Of a DNA stretch of 64,000 bases, positions 1-9,448 are shown piece by piece. The stretch lies in IMG/VR virus record IMGVR_UViG_3300030000_000004; one strand, 5' to 3'. The notes beneath the pieces are model-generated. The model saw only the letters and a list, made by a program, of their open reading frames with translations, did no database searches and had not been told where the DNA came from. The first letter of the stretch is position 1. Each line of letters starts with the position of its first letter. The position numbers and the translations under genes are program-made. This DNA comes from an uncultured virus (IMG/VR IMGVR_UViG_3300030000_000004) (Duplodnaviria; Heunggongvirae; Uroviricota; Caudoviricetes).

Positions 1-2
1 GA

Positions 3-749
3 GGTGAGATTGCTGAACAATGGGCCAACGAACGCGACAGCTTAATTGAAAACGTCGAGAAATTTGTTGCAACTACACTCACTGAAGAAATAGCCGATTT
101 GAAGGCAGACATTGAACGTTTCCGTGATCTTGAAGCAGAACATGCTGAGAAGATTGTTGAAGCTAAACACTCAATGGCTGAAACTCTTTCAGAAGAACTT
201 GATCAACTTGTTGACAAAATGGACGCATTCTTTGATTTGCGTTTGTCAGAAGAATTCAAAGAACTTCGTGAAGACCTTGAAGTTGTTAAACAAAATGAAT
301 TCGGACGTAAAATCTTCGAAGCATTTGCTACTGAATTTAATGGTGCACATGTTGACGAAGACTCGATTCAATCTAAGCTTCAAGCCGCAGTTGCTAAGTT
401 AACTGATGCAGAAGGAACTATTGCTCAGCTTGAAGAATCTCAAGCTAAGATGGTTCGTGAATCAAGATTAGACAAAATACTTGCTCCTCTTAATGGAAAG
501 AAACGTGAACAAATGTCCTTTGTTCTTCAAAACGTTGAAACTTCCCGTCTAGAAGAAGCATATAACCACTTCATCGGTCGTGTTCTTAAGGAAGATTCTT
601 CCGAAGTACGTCCTGAAGCAGATGCAAAAACCCAACCTTTGGTTGAGTCCGTTGTAGTAACTGGTAATGAACAGACAGCTGTTCAGCCTGTAGTAACCGA
701 AGCTGGCGATAAGTATTCTCAATTGAGAAAACTTGCTGGTATGAATTAA
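3..749 (+). CDS. gp22: Prohead core scaffolding protein (5'-partial; frame is open from the window edge)
   Basis: Acidic coiled-coil protein with FGRKIFEAF motif, directly upstream of the major capsid gene; several (L/V)xE protease-type sites; no stop in frame from position 3. Confidence 0.8.
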   Translation, partial: GEIAEQWANERDSLIENVEKFVATTLTEEIADLKADIERFRDLEAEHAEKIVEAKHSMAETLSEELDQLVDKMDAFFDLRLSEEFKELREDLEVVKQNEFGRKIFEAFATEFNGAHVDEDSIQSKLQAAVAKLTDAEGTIAQLEESQAKMVRESRLDKILAPLNGKKREQMSFVLQNVETSRLEEAYNHFIGRVLKEDSSEVRPEADAKTQPLVESVVVTGNEQTAVQPVVTEAGDKYSQLRKLAGMN

Positions 750-770
750 TAAGTCCTAAGGAGAATATCA

Positions 771-2009
771 ATGGAACTATATGAAAACTGGCAAGAAGCC
801 AAAGAGACCCTTCTTGAAGGGCTACCAGAAAGCAAGAAAAAGATCTTAGCTCCGGTTCTTGAAAACACCATGCAACACTTGCAGGAAACTGCTTCTGCTG
901 GTACTCAAACTGCAGGCTCAATCGGAAACTTCCAAAAGATCGTTATCCCTATGATCCGTCGTATTATCCCTGGCACTATTGCTACGGAATTGGTCGGTGT
1001 TCAACCTATGTCCGGTCCAGTTGGACTTGTTTACTCAATGCGTTTCTTGTACGCTGAAGCAGTTACTGCTACAGCCGCTTCAGGTTCCTTTGATGCAGGC
1101 GTCAACCAAGATATTTCTGTAGGTACTGAACTTTGGGCTAACAACAGCAAGACAAAACGTTTCTATTCCTCTTCTGACGCTTCAGCACCTGCTGGCGGTC
1201 CAGCTGCTGGAACTTCTACCGGTTTCGCATCTGCAACAGCAGACTATGAAGCATTTGGTGGTCGTAAAATGACTCTTGAAGTCTTGAAACAAACTGTTAC
1301 CGCTGGATCACGTAAGTTGCAAGCTACTTGGACTCCTGAATCCATGCAAGACTTGAAGGCTTCCCACGGTCTTGACATCGAAGCTGAAATTACAGCATCT
1401 CTTTCCGCAGCAGTCGTTTCTGAAATCGACAATGAATTGATCAATGACTTGGTTGCCCTTGCAGGTACCACCGAATCATTCGACATGGCAGGTACCTTCA
1501 CCGGTGTTCCTAACTATGTTGGTGATCGTCATGCTGTTCTTGGTATCCTTATTAATAAGGTTGCTAACGAAATCGCTCGTAAGACCCGCCGTGGTCAAGC
1601 AAACTGGATCGTGGTTTCCCCATTGGTCGTATCAGTATTGCAATCAGCTGCTAAGTCTGTGTTCGCACCAGCAGTTGCCGGTTCATTCGAAGGTCCTAAC
1701 AACACTAAGCTTGTTGGTACATTGAATGGTTCTATCAAGGTTTACACCTACATCTATCACGATCAAGGTACTGAACCAATCTTGTTAGGTTTCAAAGGCG
1801 GATCTGGTGAAATGGACAGCGGTTACTTCTACTGCCCATACGTACCATTGATGAGCTCTGGTGTTGTTGTATCACCTGATACATTCAACCCACACGTATC
1901 CTTGGCAACAAGATACGGTAAGGCTACCTTTACTAACACTGGAACTTCCCTTGGGAACAGCGCAGACTACTACGGTCGCATAAGTGTAGCAAATCTTTCA
2001 TTCGTTTAA
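771..2009 (+). CDS. gp23: Major capsid protein, T4 gp23 family
   Basis: Motifs IPMIRR, GVQPMSGPVGL, SRKLQATWT.E..QDL...HGLD.EAE, YFYCPYVPL, TRYG; GGAG RBS. Confidence 0.97.
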   Translation: MELYENWQEAKETLLEGLPESKKKILAPVLENTMQHLQETASAGTQTAGSIGNFQKIVIPMIRRIIPGTIATELVGVQPMSGPVGLVYSMRFLYAEAVTATAASGSFDAGVNQDISVGTELWANNSKTKRFYSSSDASAPAGGPAAGTSTGFASATADYEAFGGRKMTLEVLKQTVTAGSRKLQATWTPESMQDLKASHGLDIEAEITASLSAAVVSEIDNELINDLVALAGTTESFDMAGTFTGVPNYVGDRHAVLGILINKVANEIARKTRRGQANWIVVSPLVVSVLQSAAKSVFAPAVAGSFEGPNNTKLVGTLNGSIKVYTYIYHDQGTEPILLGFKGGSGEMDSGYFYCPYVPLMSSGVVVSPDTFNPHVSLATRYGKATFTNTGTSLGNSADYYGRISVANLSFV

Positions 2010-2036
2010 TCGAATAAAGAAGCTAGTAAGCTATAC

Positions 2037-2063
2037 AAAAGGAGATCTTCGGGTCTCCTTTTT
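2037..2063 (+). terminator. Rho-independent terminator with cUUCGg tetraloop
   Basis: aaaaggagatc-ttcg-ggtctcctttt followed by T, just after the gp23 stop. Confidence 0.9.
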
Positions 2064-2078
2064 CAGGTTCGGGTAAAG

Positions 2079-2086
2079 TATAAATA
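2079..2086 (+). promoter_or_regulatory. T4-type late promoter
   Basis: TATAAATA 29 nt upstream of the HNH ORF. Confidence 0.75.
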
Positions 2087-2114
2087 ATCCAGACTATTTA
2101 TAAAAAGGATTGTT

Positions 2115-2744
2115 ATGTCTACTTGGAAAGAACGAGAGTGTATTGAGTGCAAACAAGTAATGCTTACTGCTAGTAAATCAAACATATGCTTAAAGTGCAA
2201 ATGTAAATTAAAAAGTAAGGATGCTGTTAAGAGTGAATTAGAAATAATTGCTGATTATGGTTATGTATCGAAGGGTGATCCTACTAAAAACAAATTTGGT
2301 AAGCGTGTTTATAAATTGGTTGCTCCATGTTGTGAGCAAGAATTCTCTACAGTCTTTGGTAACCTTTTATCTGGTATAAAAAAGAATGAAGAGTCTGGAT
2401 ATAATAAACTTCCATGTGGTAATTGTGGACCTAAACATAGAATGGAAGCAGCACTTAAAGGTTACGTTGAAAAGAACGGTGTTGATTATGATGAAGCAAC
2501 TTTCAAACAATACAAGCGTCAAGTCCATGGTAAGTCTGATTTAACATATAAGGCAAATGAAAAGATTTTAAACCCTTTGGGATTAAAGAGAGCACTTGCT
2601 GGAGTAGAAGGCGCATATCACTTAGATCATATAATTCCGATCATAGAATGCTTTAAGCGTGGTTGGAGTTCTGAACAAACTAGTGCTTTAGAAAATCTTC
2701 AATTGTTAGACTGGAGAGACAATCTTTCAAAAGGCAGTCGATAA
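2115..2744 (+). mobile_element. Free-standing HNH homing endonuclease with N-terminal Zn-ribbon
   Basis: CxxC pairs; C-terminal YHLDHIIPI...NLQLLDWRDNLSK HNH motif. Confidence 0.8.
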
Positions 2745-2745
2745 A

Positions 2746-3102
2746 ATGTTAAATGATTTATATTGTGAATATTATCCACATTATAGAAATAATATAGTGC
2801 AAGATACGGATCAATGCTTTCGAGTATTAAAATATTGGAATGGACGTTGGAAACCCGACCACTATACTAAAAGGTGGCCTAGAGATATAGACTATTTTAC
2901 AGGTTATAATATGAGAACAGTCAGTGATCTGAAACAGATTAATGCATATGCTAAAGAAAGAAAACATCAGGCACTTCAAAGAAGAATTGAAGGCAAAAGA
3001 TCACCCATTAGACATGTTAAACCTTTTTGGGCGAGAATAAAAACCAAAGAACGAAAAGCACACCGATTAAATAATCCTAAAGAAGTCTTTTTTAAAATGT
3101 AA
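2746..3102 (+). CDS. Hypothetical basic protein
   Basis: ORF abutting the HNH gene; no motif recognised. Confidence 0.5.
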   Translation: MLNDLYCEYYPHYRNNIVQDTDQCFRVLKYWNGRWKPDHYTKRWPRDIDYFTGYNMRTVSDLKQINAYAKERKHQALQRRIEGKRSPIRHVKPFWARIKTKERKAHRLNNPKEVFFKM

Positions 3103-3133
3103 ACGTGTTATAATGATTCTTTTAAGGATCATT

Positions 3134-3424
3134 ATGGCTCTATATCCAGGTTTTAATAATGCTGATCAGTGGATGATTGACAAGGTAGCTGAATGGAAAC
3201 AGAAATATCCAACGGAGTTGTGGAAGTTGTTTTCACCAGACTTTGGAGATTATCTACCACTAAGCATTCATGTTGGTTTATCACATGAAGCATTTTTCAC
3301 AAAGCATCATGATACGTACAACAAGTTGAAAGCAGAAAATCCAGAAGCTGTTGCTGAAGCACGGAAGAAGTTATTTCGGGGTATGTACACGTACTCGGGA
3401 GGTCCAGATGCCGATTACCGTTGA
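3134..3424 (+). CDS. Hypothetical protein
   Basis: ATG after AAGGA RBS; extended -10 TGTTATAAT at 3106-3114. Confidence 0.6.
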   Translation: MALYPGFNNADQWMIDKVAEWKQKYPTELWKLFSPDFGDYLPLSIHVGLSHEAFFTKHHDTYNKLKAENPEAVAEARKKLFRGMYTYSGGPDADYR

Positions 3425-3737
3425 TTATATGATCATACTTAGCCAGATTGAAAATAAGAAATATTTTTCAGTCGGTGATAGTGGTGACATGCTTTCAATA
3501 TCTGTATGTGAATTGGATGGTGCCGATCATCTTTCTGCTATTGCATTTGTAGATGAATACTGTTCTATTGTTGCACGTTTTATCAAAGGACGTAAAAAGT
3601 GGATTGATCCAGAAGGTAACGAACACACTAGCAAACAGATCTTGAAGATTGGGAATGAATATACCGGTGAAGACGGTGGTTGGACTGAGTACAGAACAAC
3701 TGATATTGTGCTTAGAGTTCTAGATTACTATAAATAG
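3408..3737 (+). CDS. Hypothetical protein
   Basis: ATG after GGAGG RBS, overlapping the previous ORF. Confidence 0.6.
   Translation: MPITVDYMIILSQIENKKYFSVGDSGDMLSISVCELDGADHLSAIAFVDEYCSIVARFIKGRKKWIDPEGNEHTSKQILKIGNEYTGEDGGWTEYRTTDIVLRVLDYYK
3729..3736 (+). promoter_or_regulatory. T4-type late promoter
   Basis: TATAAATA upstream of ORF 3764. Confidence 0.7.
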
Positions 3738-3763
3738 ATCATCATTCTATTTAGGGAATCAAT

Positions 3764-4096
3764 ATGAAATTATCAGAACTTTACAATATTAGAGAAAGTG
3801 CACAGGAATGGGATCCAAAAGCCACTGCACAATATGCATCAAAAATTAAAAAAGCACTTGAAGACAAAACAAATGCAACAGTAAATGATGTTACAAATGA
3901 TGATGGGAGTGTAACATTGATTGTCAATCCTAGTGCAGGAAATCCTAGTGTAGGCTCAATTGTTCAAGGTACTGAAGGAGCAACTGCTAAAAATATTAGT
4001 ATGGCTATTGATCCATTCTACTCAATGTTCAGGAAACAGGGTTGGAGATTTGACCAACCTTCTCAAGGTAGAATGACATTTGGTGTCAAACAATAA
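3764..4096 (+). CDS. Putative head-internal protein
   Basis: Late promoter; N-terminus MKLSELYNIRES ends in an IxE protease-type site. Confidence 0.5.
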   Translation: MKLSELYNIRESAQEWDPKATAQYASKIKKALEDKTNATVNDVTNDDGSVTLIVNPSAGNPSVGSIVQGTEGATAKNISMAIDPFYSMFRKQGWRFDQPSQGRMTFGVKQ

Positions 4097-4109
4097 TTAG
4101 GAGTGCTCC

Positions 4110-4838
4110 ATGGAACTATTGAAGATATTTGAAAAACCACTTGCTGTTGGTGATGTTGTTAAAATTCATCAGCACTTAAAAGGCAAGGATATGGGCACAT
4201 ACGGAAAGTTTAATATTGACAAACTTTCTCCTACTATGATTACTGTTTACGATCATAAGTTGGGTAAGGTTATAAAGTTCAATGCTACTTCTAAACGTGG
4301 TATTGGTGATGCTTCTAATTTAATGATTGTTGAGAGCCCAACTGTAAAGAATTTTGCTGATCCTGATTATGCACCGGGTGCAATGGAAAGAGAAGGTGAT
4401 GCTCGTTCTGCTCTTAAGAAAAGAGAAGCAGCAACAAGAGCTGCAATTCCAGAGATCGCTAAAGCAGTTGGTGGAGAAGCTTTTGATTTTAAAATAGGTG
4501 ATGATACTTGGACTGGTATTAAAGGAATTCCTGCTGTTACTAAAGCTGGAAAAGAAATATCACTCGGTATTAAATGGGACAGTTTCAACAGATGCTTAAG
4601 CTTGGCTATTGAAGATTCAAATCTGCCATCTAAATTTGTTGATCGTGAAAAAGGTACGATCATTGCTGGTATAATTGCACATGCTGCGGATGATGCTGGT
4701 ATAGATTCATTTTGGGCTCAACCCCGTTCAGAATCGTCATCTGACATGGTCACCCGTATCGGTCTTCCACACTCATTCATTGCTGAACAAGCAATTCCAT
4801 TCATAAAAGATATTATCAAATTAATCAAGAGGTATTGA
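4110..4838 (+). CDS. Putative head-internal modular protein (SH3/KOW-like N-terminal module)
   Basis: MELLKIFE N-terminus, LAVGDVVKI motif, internal IVES site. Confidence 0.5.
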   Translation: MELLKIFEKPLAVGDVVKIHQHLKGKDMGTYGKFNIDKLSPTMITVYDHKLGKVIKFNATSKRGIGDASNLMIVESPTVKNFADPDYAPGAMEREGDARSALKKREAATRAAIPEIAKAVGGEAFDFKIGDDTWTGIKGIPAVTKAGKEISLGIKWDSFNRCLSLAIEDSNLPSKFVDREKGTIIAGIIAHAADDAGIDSFWAQPRSESSSDMVTRIGLPHSFIAEQAIPFIKDIIKLIKRY

Positions 4839-4841
4839 GTA

Positions 4842-5768
4842 ATGGGTAAATTTAAAACAGAAACTGCTGCGCAAGCATATGCTCGTTTAGAAACATTGAA
4901 AAAGGCTGCTGGTAAAACCCCAACACCTTTACAAAAACATACAATTGAAGCCACTGAAAAACTTGCTAAATCTTTAATGGATACAGAAATGAAGGCTAAG
5001 AATAAAGCCTTTGATGATAAGTATGCAGGAGAAGATTGGTGGGAACTTGGTAAAAAGCTTTACCCTATTACACAACATGGTGAGAAGTGGGTAGTCAAAT
5101 CAACCGCTAAAGAATGGAAAGGCCCTAAAGAATGGGAATATGATTATGAATTCTTAGCAAAAGAACAAGTGGAGAAACTTATGAAGTACAAAGACATTGA
5201 TAGAGATAAGGGCACCGGAGATCGTGATAAAGACTTGGAAAAATGGTCTAAGAAATTTGAATCACCAACACCGATTAAACTACCCTTGATTCAAGAGATG
5301 CTGAAGTTGTTACCAGGTAAATCTCTTAATGAGAGTGACCTTGATGACAAACGTGAAAAGCTTGCTAAGTTACAAGCCGATCTTAAAAGTGTAAGAGGTA
5401 ATTGTCCTGGGGATGATAGGAACCGTACATTGATCCGTAGTGAAATACGTGAGCTTCAAGATGAGATTAAAAAGTGCAAGAGCATAAAAGAATCAGATGA
5501 TCCAGATTTTCATTACACGGGGTATGAGGTGAGTCATGAACCGGATGGTGTTATGGTTTTAGTTATGGGTGATGATGGTTCAGATGAAGACTATGATATA
5601 GACTATTATGGAGTCAATGTTGTCTTTAGGAAACCAGGTACTAAACCTGAATTGGTTGCTGTTGATAATAGATCAGAATGGCAAGCTAAGCATGATGAAG
5701 CTAAGATTATTGCAGCTGCTGAAAAACAATTAGGAAAAGAGGAACAAGAGCATTTAGCATCACTATAA
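4842..5768 (+). CDS. Putative head-internal modular protein
   Basis: Segments separated by KFES, SLNES and SIKES sites; in a late operon. Confidence 0.45.
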   Translation: MGKFKTETAAQAYARLETLKKAAGKTPTPLQKHTIEATEKLAKSLMDTEMKAKNKAFDDKYAGEDWWELGKKLYPITQHGEKWVVKSTAKEWKGPKEWEYDYEFLAKEQVEKLMKYKDIDRDKGTGDRDKDLEKWSKKFESPTPIKLPLIQEMLKLLPGKSLNESDLDDKREKLAKLQADLKSVRGNCPGDDRNRTLIRSEIRELQDEIKKCKSIKESDDPDFHYTGYEVSHEPDGVMVLVMGDDGSDEDYDIDYYGVNVVFRKPGTKPELVAVDNRSEWQAKHDEAKIIAAAEKQLGKEEQEHLASL

Positions 5769-5772
5769 AATT

Positions 5773-6147
5773 ATGTCTCCAACAGTCCTAGCAATTAATA
5801 TTGTTGTTTCTCTTTTTGCTGGTATTGCTGGTATATTTGCTGGGTGGGTGATAATACCATTCATGCATTATTACCGTGATTATATCCATAACAGATTCAG
5901 ACAAAAAATTCGCAATAAAGTTATCCAACGTGGATATGTTACAGCGTACACGTCAATTGTGATAGGTGCATATTTTATCTATCATGCATGTTATGTTTTA
6001 TTTCAATCACAGGATTTTGAAGCTGATGATTGGATAGCATTACACGGACTGATAGGACTTAATATGTTTCTATGCGTTCACTTTTTATTGAATTTATTTA
6101 GTGAGAGAAGAAGAATAGAAAGAATACAGGATAACAAAAAAGGTTAA
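5773..6147 (+). CDS. Membrane protein (about 3 TM helices)
   Basis: Three hydrophobic segments and a basic C-terminus. Confidence 0.6.
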   Translation: MSPTVLAINIVVSLFAGIAGIFAGWVIIPFMHYYRDYIHNRFRQKIRNKVIQRGYVTAYTSIVIGAYFIYHACYVLFQSQDFEADDWIALHGLIGLNMFLCVHFLLNLFSERRRIERIQDNKKG

Positions 6148-6152
6148 ATAAT

Positions 6153-6419
6153 GTGAAGCTATCACTCAAAAGATTTTTTAAATCAAATACCCATAAGGAA
6201 AAACATATGAACCACTTTTCACAAGAATTCTGCGATAAGCTTATTGCAGAACATAAACTGATATCAGCATCAATAGCTAATCTTCAGGGTCCATCATACT
6301 CTAGACAGATCAGAGTACATAGTCAGACTGTTGTTGACTCATCACTGTTCAATCTACGCACCAAAAAGGTAGAATTAGAAGCAATGATTGATGTGCTTCA
6401 AGATTACCTCAATGGTTAA
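6153..6419 (+). CDS. Hypothetical protein
   Basis: ORF; start may be the internal ATG at 6207 after AAGGA. Confidence 0.5.
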   Translation: MKLSLKRFFKSNTHKEKHMNHFSQEFCDKLIAEHKLISASIANLQGPSYSRQIRVHSQTVVDSSLFNLRTKKVELEAMIDVLQDYLNG

Positions 6420-6630
6420 AAACTTCATCTTCTAATCTTGATAGAACTGGTATCATAACTCTCATTCCAGGTTTTAAAACCTGTGGTTCATTGATATTAG
6501 CAAACTGCTTTAAAAGTAATTTCGTTTCTTCTGGGTCTGCTTTAAAGAGATTTATCTTTTTAATCAGACCCGAGATTGTATTCCCTGGCATTAGGATAGT
6601 TGGTATGGCTTTTAGGTTGTCTGTTTTCAT
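6409..6630 (-). CDS. Small LysM-like protein
   Basis: I.PGNTISGL ... N....LKPGMRVMIP resembles the LysM consensus; AAGGA RBS; GATAAATA on the minus strand at 6646-6653. Confidence 0.5.
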   Translation of the reverse strand: MKTDNLKAIPTILMPGNTISGLIKKINLFKADPEETKLLLKQFANINEPQVLKPGMRVMIPVLSRLEDEVFNH

Positions 6631-6692
6631 ATTATTTCCTTTTAATATTTATCGCTGATTCAGATCAGTATTTAGAGAACAGCGATATTTGC

Positions 6693-6700
6693 TATAAATA
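6693..6700 (+). promoter_or_regulatory. T4-type late promoter
   Basis: TATAAATA upstream of the neck gene. Confidence 0.8.
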
Positions 6701-6729
6701 ATATTTTTAATGTTATCTAGGGAATTCTA

Positions 6730-8592
6730 ATGTCAAGTTCTTTTCAATTAACAACTCATGAGCTGTGGATAGATGGTAGAACAATAACTCTATCTATACG
6801 CAAGATAGATGCTACAACTATTCAGTTAAGTTGGAATATTCCATCTCCTATAACTGCATACGATGGGGCTATTGTTCTTTTATCTGAAGAAAAATTTACA
6901 TCGATGGAATTCCCAGTTGATGGTCAGAGATACGCTGCATCAAATAATTGGACAGCACATGCAGATCAAATAGGAACTGCATATGTGGTTAGTGCATTCT
7001 ATGGTTACTTTAATGATGACACGACACAGACATCTGTCATAGTAACTAATGTAGATCCAGATAAATTGTATTACGCTTCAATTCATGCTGCATCAAATGT
7101 TCTACAATACTACACAATAGGAACACAATCATACCCATTAGAATCTTCTAGATTCGAAAAGGCATCTGAAACATATGCTGGATCAATTCCGGCATCTCAA
7201 ATAGCACCAAGTGATCCTAAAAATGGACAGGTCTATTTTGATTCAACCACAAATTCTGTGTTAATGTGGAATGATGATATGGGAGGATGGGTTAAATCCA
7301 ACCAAAATACTGTGCCAGTAGGATTGTTACCACCACTCAGTCCTAATCAATTATTCTTCAACACGACTGAAAAGAAATTGAAATTTTTCAATGGTACAGC
7401 TTGGGTTGAATGTTCACCTACTAACACGATGGTAAAAATGGGTATGGCTTGGGCACCATTTACTCAATGTGAATTAGCATCTGTGTATCCAGAATCACCA
7501 AACGTCGGTGATTTTATCTATATCTATTCTTCTCAACCTGTTGCTGCTCCTGCATCAGTGACATTAAAATTCTTCTCATTGGGTAGCTGGTTAGTTCCAA
7601 CAAAAGATTTAGTAAAGGTTCAGTCATCTTCATGGAATAATATTGCTGAATGTGAAACCTTCGGTGGAGCATTCGACCCACAAATTCCAAACGTCGGTGA
7701 TTTTTTCTATAATCAAAGTGTACATGATCTTTTAGTGTGGAATGGATCTTCATGGACTAAAGCAACAACTGAAAATGAAGGTACCCCTACAACAGATAAA
7801 ATGGGAATTGGTACAGACGGTTCATATGATGAACGTTTACGTTTGATAAAAATTCTTAAGCACCAATTGGGTTGGCCATCTGTCTGTGTTGAATTATCTG
7901 AAGAACAATTTAACGTTGCTATTGACAATGCTTTAGATGAATTTAGACGTAGAGCTGATAATGCTTATTTGCATCGTCATATTTCATTCACTGTTAAACA
8001 GGGACAAAGTACTTATTATTTGAATGATCCTCGTGATAAAACTGATAAGATTGTGAACGTATTAAAAATACATCGCGTTAACACTTTGGGTATAAGTTCA
8101 CTTTCATCTGAAAATGGTATCTATGCACAAGCATTCTTCAACCAACTTTATCAAGGTTCAAACGTTGATGTGTTGTCGATATTCTTGATGAACCAATTAT
8201 CTGAAACATACGAAAAAATCTTCGCTGGTAATTTAGTTTTTACTTGGGATGAAGCAACTAGACAGCTTATGATTCTTAGAAGAATAAGTTTAGCCGAGGA
8301 ACGAGTCGTTTTAGAAGTAGTTATGGAGCGTACAGAACAAGAATTACTTTTAGATAGATGGCCTAAACAGTGGTTACAAGGTTGGGCACAATCTGAATGT
8401 TTAGAAATGTTAGGAATGATTAGGTCTAAATATGGAAGTTTGGCGGGGCCAAACGGTGGTATCACGATGAATGGTGATCAATTGTTGTCTATGGCAACAG
8501 AAATGCAAGCAGAATTACTACGTCAAATTCTAGATAATGAAGTGGGTAATGGTTCAGGTAATTTCGGTAACACAGCACTATTAATTGGATAA
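6730..8592 (+). CDS. gp13: Neck protein, gp13-like C-terminal domain with long N-terminal extension
   Basis: LGWPSVCVELSEEQ...AIDNAL and LGMIRSKY...GPNGGITMNGDQL are gp13-type motifs; N-terminal half has P.xG(D/Q).F/Y...W.G..W repeats. Confidence 0.75.
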   Translation: MSSSFQLTTHELWIDGRTITLSIRKIDATTIQLSWNIPSPITAYDGAIVLLSEEKFTSMEFPVDGQRYAASNNWTAHADQIGTAYVVSAFYGYFNDDTTQTSVIVTNVDPDKLYYASIHAASNVLQYYTIGTQSYPLESSRFEKASETYAGSIPASQIAPSDPKNGQVYFDSTTNSVLMWNDDMGGWVKSNQNTVPVGLLPPLSPNQLFFNTTEKKLKFFNGTAWVECSPTNTMVKMGMAWAPFTQCELASVYPESPNVGDFIYIYSSQPVAAPASVTLKFFSLGSWLVPTKDLVKVQSSSWNNIAECETFGGAFDPQIPNVGDFFYNQSVHDLLVWNGSSWTKATTENEGTPTTDKMGIGTDGSYDERLRLIKILKHQLGWPSVCVELSEEQFNVAIDNALDEFRRRADNAYLHRHISFTVKQGQSTYYLNDPRDKTDKIVNVLKIHRVNTLGISSLSSENGIYAQAFFNQLYQGSNVDVLSIFLMNQLSETYEKIFAGNLVFTWDEATRQLMILRRISLAEERVVLEVVMERTEQELLLDRWPKQWLQGWAQSECLEMLGMIRSKYGSLAGPNGGITMNGDQLLSMATEMQAELLRQILDNEVGNGSGNFGNTALLIG

Positions 8593-8594
8593 AA

Positions 8595-9446
8595 ATGATA
8601 AGCTTTAAAAATTATCTAGTTGAAGATGCGATGCTCCCTAAACCAATGCCCGACGAGGATATTATTAAATGGTGTGAAAAAAATGCAAACACCTATTTAA
8701 AATCTGGATCATCAACTATTTTTAGAGGAATGAATTCAATATCAGGTAATGGTGGAATCATTAACACGAATGATTTTACCAGAAAATCTAGAAACACTTT
8801 TAATTATTACACGACCTGGTTAGATAATTCTCCAGATTGGAGTAAATATCCTAAGAGAAGTAAATCATACATATGCTCTACATCGGAAGATACGACATAT
8901 GGATATGGTGAAACGTGTTATGTAATTATTCCTTCTGACAATTTACAAATTGGGGTATGTTCTGAGAATGATTTTTGGTATTCATTTGAAAAATTTTTAG
9001 TTGATGGTTTTAATATAAGCTCACTTGAAGAATGGAACACATGCATAAGTGATTTGATTAAAGTAGAAGAACATTTTTTATCAGAACCATTTGGTGATAC
9101 TCAACATAATTATGGAGCACTGACTAAATTCTTAAAATATATGACAGTTAATTCTCTAAATGAATTACGTACTTTTAAAGATGGAGGTCTTAGAGAACGT
9201 TTAGGTGTAAATGATTTTATTGATGATCTCCTAAAATTTATGAAACAGCATGGTCTATCAAACATGTTTGAAGTTTGGACTTTAGTTTTTGACCCAGAAC
9301 AAAATGGTTTTTCAGTTGAATCTTCTAATAATTTTCATACACAGAATGAAGTTGAAATATGGATTCAAGGTGAAGTTGCAGCTGTCAAATACACAGGTAA
9401 AAATGGACCATTGAAAGAATATTTAAACAGTAGAGGAATTTTTTAA
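8595..9446 (+). CDS. ART-fold-like paralog 1 with capsid-targeting-like N-terminus
   Basis: MISFKNYLVE; IFRG ... PKRSKSYICSTS ... EVEIW (R-STS-ExE order). Confidence 0.6.
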   Translation: MISFKNYLVEDAMLPKPMPDEDIIKWCEKNANTYLKSGSSTIFRGMNSISGNGGIINTNDFTRKSRNTFNYYTTWLDNSPDWSKYPKRSKSYICSTSEDTTYGYGETCYVIIPSDNLQIGVCSENDFWYSFEKFLVDGFNISSLEEWNTCISDLIKVEEHFLSEPFGDTQHNYGALTKFLKYMTVNSLNELRTFKDGGLRERLGVNDFIDDLLKFMKQHGLSNMFEVWTLVFDPEQNGFSVESSNNFHTQNEVEIWIQGEVAAVKYTGKNGPLKEYLNSRGIF

Positions 9447-9448
9447 TA

